From Candidatus Bathyarchaeota archaeon (lineage in GTDB: Archaea > Thermoproteota > Bathyarchaeia > TCS64): 64,000 nucleotides of DNA. The notes beneath the pieces are model-generated. The model saw nothing but the letters and a program-made list of their open reading frames with translations. It ran no database searches and was not told the DNA's origin. The translations under genes and the position numbers were made by a program. Position 1 is the stretch's first letter, and every line of letters begins with the position of its first letter. Positions 20,209-30,576 of the stretch are shown in pieces. Where the stretch lies: the NCBI GenBank assembly GCA_963771885.1, contig CAVYVF010000023.1, forward strand, positions 896,001 through 960,000. The letters are read 5' to 3'.

Positions 20209-22014
20209 ATGGTTGAATCTACGATCTTGCCAGCACGAGATCAAGTCCCACTCGACGAGACGTGGGACCTCGAAAGCGTGTTCCCCACACCAGAGAACTG
20301 GGAAACCGCGGGGAGGGAGATAGCCGACTCCCTGCCCAAGCTCACCGGCTTCCAGGGAAGAATCAAAGAGGGGCAGAAGACACTACTCGAGTACCTCGAG
20401 CTTTCCCAGAAAGTCGGCGTTCTCAATGGCAAATACTTCAACTATGCGAGCAACTACTACGCCGTCGACACAACAAACCAACGGAGCGCAGCCCGCTTAG
20501 GTCAAGCCCGTAGCTTAACAGCCCAACTCAGCGCCGCGAACGCATTCTTCGAACCCGAGTTGATGAGCCTCGGCCTTGAACTGGTCGAGGAGTGGATAAA
20601 GAAGACGCCTGAGCTGGGATTCTTCGAGCACGCCCTCGACAAGCTGAGGCGGAAACAGGTCCACATGCGAAGCGGCGAGGTGGAGCAGGTGCTCGCGATG
20701 ACGCTTGATCCCTTCAGCGGACCCACAACCATCTACAGCGCGTTGAGCGACGCCGATCTAGTATTCAAACATGCGACGGACAGCGGAGGAAGGAGCGTCG
20801 AGGTCGCCCAGGCGAGCCTAGGCGGGCTCCTATCCAGCCCAGACCGGGAGTTGAGGAGAACCGCCTACGAGAACTACAACGATGAATACCTAGCACACAG
20901 GAACACCCTCGCGGCCACGTTCACCACTCAGGTGAAGCAGGACGTCCTCAACACGAGGGTACGGGGATACGAGTCGAGCCTACACGCCTCACTGGAGCCA
21001 AACAGCATCCCAGTCGAGGTATTCCACAATCTGCAGACCGTATTCAAGAAGAACCTACCAACGTGGCACCGCTACTGGCGCATGCGCAGAGAGTTGCTAG
21101 GTCTCAACGAGCTACACGTTTACGACCTAAGGGCGCCGCTGACATCCGCCAAGCCAATCGTCCCATATAGGCAGGCTGTCGAGTGGATATGCAAGGGCAT
21201 GTCACCCCTCGGCGGGGAGGTCACCGACGTACTCCGTCGAGGCTGCTTGGAGCAGCGCTGGGTAGACCGCTCCCGCAACAAGGGTAAACGCAACGGCGCC
21301 TTCACGAACGCCACCCATGGGACCTACCCCTTCATCATGATGTCATACAACGACGACCTATTCAGTCTGAGCACCCTCGCCCATGAGCTGGGCCACGCCC
21401 TGCATAGCTACTACTCGCGACGCGAGCAGCCATTCATCTACGGGCGTTACTCGCTCTTCGAGGCGGAGGTAGCGTCGAACTTTAACCAGTCAATGGTTAG
21501 AGACTACCTCTTCCGGACCCATGATGACCGCGACTTCCAGGTTGCCCTGATTGAGGAGGCTATGTCCAACTTCCATAGATACTTCTTCATAATGCCCCTG
21601 CTCGCTCGATTCGAGCATGAGGCCCACCTGAGAGCCGAGCAGGGGGCACCACTAAACGCAAACATCCTCATTGAGATTATGGCAGACCTGTTCAAGGAGG
21701 GTTATGGTGAAGAGGTCGTGTTCGACCGCGACCGCATGGGCATCCACTGGGCTCAATTCGGCCACATGTACATGAACTTCTACGTCTACCAGTACACGAC
21801 GGGCATCTCCGGGGCACACGCTTTGACACGACCGATTCTGAGAGGGGACGCTGCAGCCGTGGAACGATATATGGATTTCCTGAAGGCGGGTGGCTCAAGG
21901 TACCCGCTGGACAACCTAAAGGCGACGGGTGTAGACCTATCCAAGCCGGAGCCGGTTGAAAGCGCCTTCATCTACTTAGCCGGGCTCCTAGACCGACTAC
22001 AGACCCTCCTTTAA
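20209..22014 (+). CDS. pepF: Oligoendopeptidase F (M3B)
   Basis: TWDL, KGKRNGAF, TLAHELGH, AEVAS, HMYMNFYVYQY. Confidence 0.93.
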   Translation: MVESTILPARDQVPLDETWDLESVFPTPENWETAGREIADSLPKLTGFQGRIKEGQKTLLEYLELSQKVGVLNGKYFNYASNYYAVDTTNQRSAARLGQARSLTAQLSAANAFFEPELMSLGLELVEEWIKKTPELGFFEHALDKLRRKQVHMRSGEVEQVLAMTLDPFSGPTTIYSALSDADLVFKHATDSGGRSVEVAQASLGGLLSSPDRELRRTAYENYNDEYLAHRNTLAATFTTQVKQDVLNTRVRGYESSLHASLEPNSIPVEVFHNLQTVFKKNLPTWHRYWRMRRELLGLNELHVYDLRAPLTSAKPIVPYRQAVEWICKGMSPLGGEVTDVLRRGCLEQRWVDRSRNKGKRNGAFTNATHGTYPFIMMSYNDDLFSLSTLAHELGHALHSYYSRREQPFIYGRYSLFEAEVASNFNQSMVRDYLFRTHDDRDFQVALIEEAMSNFHRYFFIMPLLARFEHEAHLRAEQGAPLNANILIEIMADLFKEGYGEEVVFDRDRMGIHWAQFGHMYMNFYVYQYTTGISGAHALTRPILRGDAAAVERYMDFLKAGGSRYPLDNLKATGVDLSKPEPVESAFIYLAGLLDRLQTLL

Positions 22015-22015
22015 C

Positions 22016-22638
22016 ATGCGCGTGCGCACGTCTAAGCGACGCCTTTATCGATTCGAGCCGCGCGCGCAGTTCAGGAGGGGCAGCTACCCGCTACTCTACC
22101 CCATCCCAATCTGCCTCCTCGGGGCGATGGTTGACTGCAAGCCAAACTACGAGGCCGTCGGCAACATCGGGATGGTGAGCTTCAACCCCAACCTCCTCAT
22201 GGTTAGCAGCCTGCGGAGCCACCACACGAACAGGGGCGTGAACGAACACGGTACCTTCAGCGTCAACTATCCGAGCGCGGTGATGGTCGCGGAGACGGAC
22301 TACGCGCGCGCGTGAGCGGGGCTAAGGAGGATAAGGGCAGCTTCTTCACGAACTTTTACGGTGTTCTCGGCACGGCACCGATGATCGAGGAATGCCCGGT
22401 GAACCTAGAGTGCAAGGTCATAGACACACTCCGCTACGGCTCCTACGAGGTGTGGATCGCCGAGGTAGTCGAAACTTACCTAGATGGGGGGATAGTCCCA
22501 GCCGAGCCTAAGAGGTGGCCGAGCATCGACGAAGTAAACCTGCTCGTCTATACACCCGCGGGTACATACTGGGACATGGGGAAGCAGATCGGCAGGAGCT
22601 ACGACTCAGGCAAGGCTGTAAAGAATAGAGGTAACTGA
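22016..22638 (+). CDS. Flavin reductase-like protein, frameshift near 22305-22312; start uncertain
   Basis: LYPIP...HHTNRGV...FSVN...ETDY, then VSG...APMIEECPVNLECKV...EVVET. Confidence 0.75.
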
Positions 22639-22673
22639 AGCGATTTATTAAGTGCCGTTTCCACCGTCAAAAC

Positions 22674-22907
22674 ATGAACATACCCTCAGCCATCCTCGCC
22701 CAAGTTGGGGCGGGCATAGAGACGCTCATACTTGTCGGAATACTGATTCTGATCGGCGTAGTAGTCATCATGGTCGTTGGGGCGCTCCTATTCTTCCTCC
22801 CCGCCGCGCTGCTGGCCGGCATCGTCTGGTTCCTAACCGGGAACGAACTCTACACAGGCCTTGCCTTCCTCGCGGTAGCCCTCCTCAGCCTAACTAGGCG
22901 CAAATAG
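22674..22907 (+). CDS. Small hydrophobic membrane protein
   Basis: 77 aa, 2-3 hydrophobic segments, basic C-terminus. Confidence 0.6.
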   Translation: MNIPSAILAQVGAGIETLILVGILILIGVVVIMVVGALLFFLPAALLAGIVWFLTGNELYTGLAFLAVALLSLTRRK

Positions 22908-22956
22908 GGCTATGCGTTGGTTATAAGCCACGACAACACTACTTAGACGTCCCAGT

Positions 22957-23460
22957 TTGGTCAATGACGTAGAGATCACCCCACACTCACCGAGGCCTGG
23001 TGACCCAGTCAACATCACCTTCCGCGGCGACTGCAGCGAGAGATTCCCTGTCGAGCTCATTTATGAGCAGGCGGTGCCAGCCTACAATGGCTCCTTCACC
23101 GTGCAGATGAGTGGGATACGTGTACCATGGTCCCGCAACAGCCTTGCCATAGACGCAAGGTACGTCTCCTCAATGAATGTAGGCGCCAAGTTACTACTCT
23201 GGATCAGCAAGAAAGCAGACGTATTTGGTGGCGTGGGCAGTTACAAACTCATCAATGTGCCTGAGGGTAGTTACAATGTCAGGCTCAACGGCATACCAGC
23301 ACCCGGTGCCCGCGAGGTCAAGGTCAGGATCACTGCGCAGTCAGAGCTATGGACGGACGCCGCAGGTAAGTGCTCCTACATCATTCAAACGGTCCCGCAA
23401 AACACGGGCAACATAACGGTCAAGTGCAATGGGCTCGAGCACCGGATCGAGATAAACTAA
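22957..23460 (+). CDS. Hypothetical beta-rich protein
   Basis: 167-aa ORF filling the gap, TTATAA upstream; no family recognised. Confidence 0.55.
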   Translation: MVNDVEITPHSPRPGDPVNITFRGDCSERFPVELIYEQAVPAYNGSFTVQMSGIRVPWSRNSLAIDARYVSSMNVGAKLLLWISKKADVFGGVGSYKLINVPEGSYNVRLNGIPAPGAREVKVRITAQSELWTDAAGKCSYIIQTVPQNTGNITVKCNGLEHRIEIN

Positions 23461-23512
23461 CACGCGCCAATAAGTGCTCAATCGTTAATAGGCGTTCCTC
23501 GCAGGTGTATCC

Positions 23513-23791
23513 GTGGACACCTTCCTCCTCGACGCAGGCAACTTATTCCTCTTCCTGAGCGGCTTCCTCATGCTCTACACCGCCTACAAGGACAGGAAGG
23601 TACTTAGGGGCTACAACCTACCCGGAACCATCCTTATTGTGCTTGCGATAGGGCTTGCCCTCGCTTTCTACGCGCAGCAGGGCTATTGGCTCAGCTTCTG
23701 CCTGACGCTTCCCAATTGGACCTACTGGCTCATCGTCTGCTCGTCGATACTCAAGATGCGCTTCAGCCCCACACCCGTCCCAGCAGCCTGA
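23513..23791 (+). CDS. Small three-TM membrane protein
   Basis: 92 aa hydrophobic; AGGTG SD-like motif before GTG. Confidence 0.6.
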   Translation: MDTFLLDAGNLFLFLSGFLMLYTAYKDRKVLRGYNLPGTILIVLAIGLALAFYAQQGYWLSFCLTLPNWTYWLIVCSSILKMRFSPTPVPAA

Positions 23792-24992
23792 GCGCGTTAC
23801 CGCCCATCACTTTCCCGATCTCCGCGTCGCTGAAACCATTAGCCACCATCCAGCGTGCTATGTTGGTGAACTCTGACGGGTTCTCCAGCCCCCTGACGTA
23901 GCCAGGGTCGACCTCCCCCTTCGGGATCGGGAACTCCTCGACGGGCTTCTCCCCGGGTCGTTTATAGTGCCCGAGGCGGCGGGGGAACCAGACCCTGTAG
24001 AGCCCCTGATGGTCGCCGTAGAGGGTGTCGGGCCCACAGCCGACGTGGTCTACTCCCATCGTGTCAATGCAGTAAGAGAGGCACTCCCCATAGCTGTCGA
24101 TGCTCCCCACGGGGTGTTTCCTCGTGCGGAGCCCACGCCCCGCACCGCCGACGCCAAGCAGCCCGCCGCTTTCCGCGAGCGCGTGGAGAACCTCATCCCC
24201 ATTCGTATGCCCCTGTGCGATCGCCCCCGGCCCGCTGTGGCTGTTGTAGATTGGGTCCTCCGAAGCCTCAATGGTCTCCAGTGCCGTCCTGTCGTTTGTG
24301 TGCCCTACATCGACGAGAATCCCAACTTTATTCATCCGCCTTACCGTGTCGTAGCCGAAGTCAGTGAGCCCCGAGTCTAGGCGGCTCTCCCCCATGCCCC
24401 CGCCGAGCATATTCGACTCAGAGTAACAGATCCCCATACTCCTAACCCCCAAGCCGTAGAGGACGTCTACGCGGTCCACCTCATTCTCGATAGGCGTCGC
24501 CGACTCAAGACACAGAGCGAGGGCAATCTTCCCCCTCCTCTTCGCTTCACGGATGTCACCGACTCCCCTACAGGGAATGACCAGATCCTGGTGTGCCAGG
24601 TCGCAGAGCCGGCTCCCAAGATCGTGAACGACGTCAGTCCACTTCCACCCACTGAAACTCGTGACATAGCTCATCCCGTCCATCATGTGGTCGAAGACGC
24701 AGTCGACACCCGCCTTAGCTAGGTCCTCGTAGTCGGTGAACTGGCGCCCGAGCCCATTCATCTCGGGAAGCTGCGCCATGTCCTCCGGGTAGTAGACGGG
24801 GTGCTCGTGCAGGTCAACGATCGTATTCTTCTCGACGAGTCCCCGCCAACGCTCCTCCTCATGCTTCGAGAGGGGCACCCTGTACTCGGGAACCCTCCCC
24901 GCCCCCTTCGAGAACCTGAAGACCTTGTAGTCGAACCCTGCCTTGAGGTACCCGTAGGCGTGGTACCCGCCCCAGACCTTCACTCCACCCAT
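23763..24992 (-). CDS. Membrane dipeptidase family (peptidase M19)
   Basis: DLHEH, LCLE, GLTDFG, ILVDVGH, SHS, DHVGCGPD. Confidence 0.88.
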   Translation of the reverse strand: MGGVKVWGGYHAYGYLKAGFDYKVFRFSKGAGRVPEYRVPLSKHEEERWRGLVEKNTIVDLHEHPVYYPEDMAQLPEMNGLGRQFTDYEDLAKAGVDCVFDHMMDGMSYVTSFSGWKWTDVVHDLGSRLCDLAHQDLVIPCRGVGDIREAKRRGKIALALCLESATPIENEVDRVDVLYGLGVRSMGICYSESNMLGGGMGESRLDSGLTDFGYDTVRRMNKVGILVDVGHTNDRTALETIEASEDPIYNSHSGPGAIAQGHTNGDEVLHALAESGGLLGVGGAGRGLRTRKHPVGSIDSYGECLSYCIDTMGVDHVGCGPDTLYGDHQGLYRVWFPRRLGHYKRPGEKPVEEFPIPKGEVDPGYVRGLENPSEFTNIARWMVANGFSDAEIGKVMGGNALRLLGRVWG

Positions 24993-25097
24993 AATAGATC
25001 AAGACAAACACGGCGAAAGGTGTAGATGACAGTTCCGAGCCACAGTCACTAATTTATATTAACCGCGGTTCAAAACAAACAAAGGAGAACGCGACAC

Positions 25098-25382
25098 TTG
25101 CCAGTAACTAGAGTCGATGGAAAATTGAATCACCACAAGGTCTTCCTCTACACGTTGAGCACCTGTGGCTGGTGTAAGAAAACGAAGGAGCTCCTCAGGG
25201 AGAAGGAAGTCACATACGAGTATCTCGACGTCGACGTGCTAAAGGCGGAGGAGAGGAAGCAGGCTATCGAGGACCTCCACAGGAGGAACGCCCCGCTCGG
25301 CTTTCCCGTCGTGATAATCGACGACACACACCTCATAAGCGGCTACCAGCCGGAGAAGATGTTGAGTGCACTCGGGCTATGA
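25098..25382 (+). CDS. Glutaredoxin (NrdH/methanoredoxin-like)
   Basis: TLSTCGWC and FPVVII; ATGA overlap with the next gene. Confidence 0.88.
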   Translation: MPVTRVDGKLNHHKVFLYTLSTCGWCKKTKELLREKEVTYEYLDVDVLKAEERKQAIEDLHRRNAPLGFPVVIIDDTHLISGYQPEKMLSALGL

Positions 25383-25906
25383 CCGCCACAATAGAGTCTG
25401 TGAGGCAGCGCGCTGAGCAGGACGCGAAGAGCCACGGCTACTACCTCAACTCCGACCCGAAGTTCCTCCAGGACCTATTCGAGGGCTTGAAAGTGAACGA
25501 AGACCGTTATGGCTACCCCTCTTGTCCATGCAGACCAGGAACCGGCGTCTACGAGCAGGACAGGGACATAATCTGCCCCTGTGACTACAGGGATCCCGAT
25601 GTCGCCGAGTTTGGCGCTTGCTACTGCAGCCTTTACGTCAACAAGGAGGTCTTCGACACGGGTCGGTTGACACCCATACCGGAGAGGAGGCCCCCGGAGA
25701 AGATGTTCCCCGACATCGCCCCTGTACAGGTGATGGAGCAAAAACCCGCAGCGGTTCCCCCAGCAACACAGAGGACACTATGGTACTGCAAACAATGCGG
25801 TTACGTCGTCTTCCGCGAGGATTCCCCCTACGTCTGCCCCATATGCAGGGCAAAGAAGGAGTTCTTCGCAGAGCTAAAACGGGGGATACAGCAAGAGACC
25901 GGCTAG
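25379..25906 (+). CDS. Ferredoxin:thioredoxin/disulfide reductase catalytic subunit with C-terminal rubredoxin domain
   Basis: YGYPSCPCR, ICPCDY, GACYCSLY, plus CKQCGY...CPIC. Confidence 0.9.
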   Translation: MTATIESVRQRAEQDAKSHGYYLNSDPKFLQDLFEGLKVNEDRYGYPSCPCRPGTGVYEQDRDIICPCDYRDPDVAEFGACYCSLYVNKEVFDTGRLTPIPERRPPEKMFPDIAPVQVMEQKPAAVPPATQRTLWYCKQCGYVVFREDSPYVCPICRAKKEFFAELKRGIQQETG

Positions 25907-26322
25907 GCCTCGGGCTCGACGATTACCGCCGTGCCCGTCGCCGAGAAGACTAGGATACCCATCTGGTATCCCATATCCGATGTCTCGACGTCGCAGCTAA
26001 GAACCGCGTTGGCTCCCATCGCTGCCGCCTTCGCTCGGCATCTATCGATAGCCTCGGCTCGTGCTTTCTCTATCTCATAGCTGAAAGCGGTCACCTCGCC
26101 GCCTATCATTGACTCGATGCCGGCGATCAGCTTGCCGAAGATGCCTCTCGTCCTAGGTGTGATACCCGAAACGATCCCGATTATCCTCTTCACCTTGTAG
26201 CCGGGAAGGGTCGGCATCGTCGATATTATGAACCCATGGCTACTACCGTCGAGGCCGGAGCCGCATCGGCTGCAGAACTTCGCGTCACTCTGGTTATCCA
26301 CTCCACATACCTTACAGTTCAT
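25903..26322 (-). CDS. YbjQ/UPF0145 heavy-metal-binding domain protein with N-terminal zinc ribbon
   Basis: CKVCG...FCSRCG; IGGEV, ARAEA, GANAV, ATGTAV. Confidence 0.85.
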   Translation of the reverse strand: MNCKVCGVDNQSDAKFCSRCGSGLDGSSHGFIISTMPTLPGYKVKRIIGIVSGITPRTRGIFGKLIAGIESMIGGEVTAFSYEIEKARAEAIDRCRAKAAAMGANAVLSCDVETSDMGYQMGILVFSATGTAVIVEPEA

Positions 26323-26397
26323 GTTTCTCACCGAAACTAGCAATATATCCCATAATTATAGGGATATCCTATATAGAAAATGGGAGGAATATAGAGG

Positions 26398-28932
26398 CTA
26401 GCCCAGGAGGGCATTGAAGAAGAATTTAAACGATGCATCGGTCAACGCCCTGCACTGAGGAGCAAAGGCGTAGAGAACAACACGCCCCTCCTTGAGGCGC
26501 GACTCGACGATCGCAGCCTTCCGAGCCAACAACTCCTCGCCTATCAGCCAACCGCTCTCCATGAGCCTCTCCTCACCATAAGAGACAATAACTCGCTGAG
26601 CCTCGTTGTCGTTCCCCTGCTTCAAAGCAAGAGCGAGATTTCCCCGCAGCACAATGAGTCCACGACTTGGCATCCCATACGCTAGCGGGTGCGAGTTATC
26701 GATGTCGACCCAGAGCGTCGAGCCTGGACAGTGGAACTGCTGTGGCTTCATATCCTTTAGCGGGTTAACAACGGGTAGCTTCAGGTTCTCCGCTGCGAAG
26801 TCGATGGACTCGTTTAGGCAAAGGAGCGTCCCTCCTTTTTCGACGAACTCCCGTACCTTGGCGACGCCCTCCTCTTTGATACCTGTAACGTACTCCGGCG
26901 GGTATACGGGGAGAGTCATCAAGCCCTTGTAGCGCTTCTCGAAGAACTCCTCCAGCTTCTCACCCGTGATGAATGGCGGCGGGTCGCTCGGGAGGACGAG
27001 GATATCGTACTTCCCAGTGAGCCCCTCCTTGACCTCGGCGTCGCGGACCGTCGTGTACTCGAAGCAGTACTGCTCGAGAAGCCAACGAGTCCAGCCCTCG
27101 TCCATATTACCACCCATGTACCTCTGGTAGACGGCGACCCTCAGCTTCTTGATGGGGTGGCTTACGCCGCTGGGCTTCTCCCCTACAGCGATCACTGGAA
27201 CCCCTGTATCCTTTACCACCTTCTTTAACGCAGCTTTTCCCTCACCAGGGACGTAGAATGCGCCTGCGGGGAGACTTACCTCCTCGATCGGCTCGTCTAT
27301 GCGGTCTACCTCAATGCCCGCCGCGAGGAGTAAGTTTACCGCTCTAAAGGCGTCGTTAAGGCGTGGATTTATCAGGTAGCCACGGGCAGACTCAACGACC
27401 GCGGGTACAGACGTCTCAATCTCGTCGAGGTCTCTGAAGCTCCCATTGAGGGGTTGATCTACCCTTACGATGTTGACACCCTTGAACTCCGCCATCGTTT
27501 GGGTGGCGAAGTCGTAGTTCATCATAGGGGTCCCGTCGGGTGTCCTCACCCAGAGGCTGTCCCTGTACCAGGTCCTGTCAAGCAGGCTTATGACGAATGG
27601 ACGCGCCGTCTGGCTACACGAGATTACATGGGAGCCCTCAGGATAGGTGGCGTCGCCCACCGTGAATGGCTCATCAGCTACCCTAACTTCGACGCTCAGC
27701 TCCCTTAGAGTCCTGAGCAGTTTGAGTGCTGTGAGACTGTCCCATTGCGTCGGCGGCACGACGAATGCGTATGGCACCTCCGATTCGCCGCGTCGCAGGC
27801 TTCTAATCGACTTGTTCAGCATATTCCTGAGAATCATCTCGCGATTGTTCGCCGCGACCTCCAGGGTCGCCATGACGGCGGTCTTCTGTCCGTCCATCAC
27901 ATCCCGGAGCGTCCACCAGCCCCCCTTCCAGGGGTGTAGGAAGTTGACCTGCGCCTTGTACTCGGGGCGGCCGCGGGGCGTCCCTATGAGCTGGTGGTAG
28001 TGAACATATACAGGCGTAGCGAATTTGGCGCTTGCCGACTCGGTAAACATCCCGCAAATACCGAACCAGGGAAATACGAGGCTGAAGCCGGGCATGAAGT
28101 CAGCGGGAAATGTTGCCGCAGTCTCCGCACCGATAATTCCCTTACTCTCCATCCTCACCAACATCTGCGCCCCGTAGTGGCGCTGCTCGACCCACACAAG
28201 CGGATCAACGATCTCGTTTACCGGATTGCTATTCGGTGGTAGGAAGAAGCGAGCCCCGAAGAATCCCATCTGGTGCGTGTCAAGGTACGCCTGCGGGAAC
28301 CATTCCTTAAGAAAGACCTTGTTCATGATCCGTGTTTCTATCTGCGTCAGTGTCAAGGCGTCTCTGTTGTTGTCGTGGCCTGTGTACTTGTGGTAGAGCC
28401 AGGGGAGTCCGCAGCCTTCGTACTCCGTCCCCAGCCACTGGTTATACCAGTCTACAGACATGATCTGGCCGTCAGGGTTGGCGCAGGGGAAGAGGACGAT
28501 GACTACGTTCTCTCTGATGGACCGGGTCAGGTCGTCCTCACACGTTAAGAGCTCGTAAGCTAGCTCGGGGCTGACCTGAGTGCCTCCGACCTCGCTTGCG
28601 TGTATACTCATCGTCAGTCCGACGACAGTTTTTCCCTCAGTGATTATCCTCTCAGCATCCGATTCTGACAGGTCGCGTGGGTGACTTATCGCCCAGCTCC
28701 CCGCGCGTATCTCGTCCAGCCGTACAAGGTTTTCCTCGGAGGAGATGTAAGCGAGTATCATGGGGTTTCCCATCGTCGACGCGCCCCTGTCCTCCACCAT
28801 TATCCGTCCTGAGCCCTCGGCAAGATGCCTGAAGTACTCCACTATCCTGTCCCACCTGACGAGCTTCCGCTCCGTGCCGGGAGCGTACCCGAAGAACTCC
28901 TCAGGCGTCTTCAATCCACACAAGCCAGTCAC
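26398..28932 (-). CDS. M14 zinc carboxypeptidase family protein with C-terminal GATase-like domain
   Basis: IHASE, NPDG, DNNRD, DTHQM; DEGWTRW; FVEKGGTL. Confidence 0.85.
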   Translation of the reverse strand: MTGLCGLKTPEEFFGYAPGTERKLVRWDRIVEYFRHLAEGSGRIMVEDRGASTMGNPMILAYISSEENLVRLDEIRAGSWAISHPRDLSESDAERIITEGKTVVGLTMSIHASEVGGTQVSPELAYELLTCEDDLTRSIRENVVIVLFPCANPDGQIMSVDWYNQWLGTEYEGCGLPWLYHKYTGHDNNRDALTLTQIETRIMNKVFLKEWFPQAYLDTHQMGFFGARFFLPPNSNPVNEIVDPLVWVEQRHYGAQMLVRMESKGIIGAETAATFPADFMPGFSLVFPWFGICGMFTESASAKFATPVYVHYHQLIGTPRGRPEYKAQVNFLHPWKGGWWTLRDVMDGQKTAVMATLEVAANNREMILRNMLNKSIRSLRRGESEVPYAFVVPPTQWDSLTALKLLRTLRELSVEVRVADEPFTVGDATYPEGSHVISCSQTARPFVISLLDRTWYRDSLWVRTPDGTPMMNYDFATQTMAEFKGVNIVRVDQPLNGSFRDLDEIETSVPAVVESARGYLINPRLNDAFRAVNLLLAAGIEVDRIDEPIEEVSLPAGAFYVPGEGKAALKKVVKDTGVPVIAVGEKPSGVSHPIKKLRVAVYQRYMGGNMDEGWTRWLLEQYCFEYTTVRDAEVKEGLTGKYDILVLPSDPPPFITGEKLEEFFEKRYKGLMTLPVYPPEYVTGIKEEGVAKVREFVEKGGTLLCLNESIDFAAENLKLPVVNPLKDMKPQQFHCPGSTLWVDIDNSHPLAYGMPSRGLIVLRGNLALALKQGNDNEAQRVIVSYGEERLMESGWLIGEELLARKAAIVESRLKEGRVVLYAFAPQCRALTDASFKFFFNALLG

Positions 28933-28972
28933 TGAGGATGCAACATTCGCCAGGTTCTTAAAAAGAGGGGTC

Positions 28973-29416
28973 TTACTCGGGTTTCCAACGCTCGATCTCT
29001 ATCCTGATCGAGTTAAGCCCTAGCTGTATGTCCCATACGAAGAGGATGAGGGAGAGGACGAGGCAAATGAGACTAGCCGAGAACAGGATTTCGATAAGAA
29101 CCTCGATCCCAGCGTTGAACGTCGCGGTTATGAAGAGCGAGAGGATAATTGTCGAGACGAAGAAGATGCTCAAAACGGCCAGCGTGACCGCCGCCTGCAG
29201 CAGCTTGGCGCGCCTGTAAAGTATATCCACTTCCTCCAGCAACACACGTCGATGCTCCCCTTCCGCCACCCTCAGTTCCACAGTGAGAGCCCGTATACGA
29301 TCCAGCGGACGCCCCAGCCTGTTTGTCATAGAGAGCACAAGCAGCCCTACGCCTGAAATGAAGACGCATGGGGCAAGCGAGGTCTGCAGAACTACGAGGA
29401 GTGCAGCGATGTCCAT
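28973..29416 (-). CDS. DUF2721-like membrane protein
   Basis: APCVFISGVGLL...TNRLGR...RRAKL followed by two TM segments. Confidence 0.7.
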   Translation of the reverse strand: MDIAALLVVLQTSLAPCVFISGVGLLVLSMTNRLGRPLDRIRALTVELRVAEGEHRRVLLEEVDILYRRAKLLQAAVTLAVLSIFFVSTIILSLFITATFNAGIEVLIEILFSASLICLVLSLILFVWDIQLGLNSIRIEIERWKPE

Positions 29417-29609
29417 GAATCAAGCTGCGACACGCTGGCTATAGCGTTTCCCAACCCTCTTATCCACGCCCACAATTAATCCGGGATACAAAAACATGCA
29501 ACCCAGAGAATGTGAAATTGATTCTGGCGGCTCAAACAGCTAATAAACTCGAGTTACTCTCACCGAACGAATTAAATCCAAGTTGAAACATTCACCCTTA
29601 TTTAAACTA

Positions 29610-29617
29610 TTTATATA
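29610..29617 (+). promoter_or_regulatory. TATA box of the tbp operon
   Basis: TTTATATA about 30 nt upstream of ATG 29647. Confidence 0.55.
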
Positions 29618-29646
29618 CTTGAATGAGCACTTTATAAGGTAACACC

Positions 29647-29973
29647 ATGAAGTTCGTCCAGCTCCGGTCCCTCAGGGATCTTATAATGCTCGTCGCATCC
29701 TCCCAGTCAAGCGGGGTCATACAGCACCTCGTCTTCGGCAGTTCCCACCTATACTTCCTAGTCGGAGGCACACTCCATGAGATGTTCCTCTATTGCGTCA
29801 AGGAGAAGGAGCCCATCAAAGGCCACTTCATCACCTACAACAGCTACAGTGGTGAGGTAGGCGCATCCGAGAAGATGCAGCACGAGCCGAACCAGAGCAG
29901 CTTCCCAGTCGTAGAGATAATAAACCAGGACCTACTCCCCGACGAACTGCTAAGGACGCTCGGCGAACTCTAA
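29647..29973 (+). CDS. Hypothetical protein, first gene of the tbp cluster
   Basis: 108-aa ORF, coding-like, 10 nt before tbp. Confidence 0.7.
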   Translation: MKFVQLRSLRDLIMLVASSQSSGVIQHLVFGSSHLYFLVGGTLHEMFLYCVKEKEPIKGHFITYNSYSGEVGASEKMQHEPNQSSFPVVEIINQDLLPDELLRTLGEL

Positions 29974-29983
29974 TGGGTACACG

Positions 29984-30559
29984 GTGAAGAAATTGGCTGA
30001 GAAGAAGGACCTACACATAAGCATCGAGAACGTCGTCGCTTCGGCGACCCTCGACCAAAAGATCGACCTGCTCGCCATTATGAAGGTGTTCAGGAACGTC
30101 GAGTACCGGCCAAAACAGTTCCCCGGCCTCGTCTTCAGGCTCAAGCGCCCGAAGACGGCCACACTCATCTTCGGGTCCGGCAAGATGGTCTGCACCGGCG
30201 CAAAGTCGGAGAAGCAGGCAAGAAGCGCAGTCAAGAAGGTCGTACGCGAGCTAAAAACGAATGGCATCATAATCCTCGGTAAACCCAAGATAGTCATCCA
30301 GAACATAGTAGCCTCCGCGAACCTGCACGGCAAGATCGATCTGGAGACCGCTGCCGATATTATGGACAATGTGATGTACGAGCCCGAGCAATTCCCCGGC
30401 CTCATCTTCAGAATGGGCGAGCCCAAGGTCGTTATGCTCCTATTCGCTAGCGGAAAACTCGTATGCACAGGCGCTAAGCATGAGGACATGGTCCGCGAGG
30501 CCGTCGAGAAGCTGCACGGCATCCTCGAGGACTACGACCTCATCTATTACGAGGAGTAG
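29984..30559 (+). CDS. tbp: TATA-box-binding protein
   Basis: Two repeats of ENVVAS/QNIVAS...Y.P.QFPGL...LIFGSGKMVCTGAK; acidic tail. Confidence 0.98.
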   Translation: MKKLAEKKDLHISIENVVASATLDQKIDLLAIMKVFRNVEYRPKQFPGLVFRLKRPKTATLIFGSGKMVCTGAKSEKQARSAVKKVVRELKTNGIIILGKPKIVIQNIVASANLHGKIDLETAADIMDNVMYEPEQFPGLIFRMGEPKVVMLLFASGKLVCTGAKHEDMVREAVEKLHGILEDYDLIYYEE

Positions 30560-30576
30560 CCGGGAGTGGCATCTGC

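Noticed and set aside
22040..22070. GCG at 22064 as a third non-canonical start (flavin reductase)
   Set aside because: An in-frame ATG exists at 22016 and the gene is already frameshifted, so the evidence is too weak
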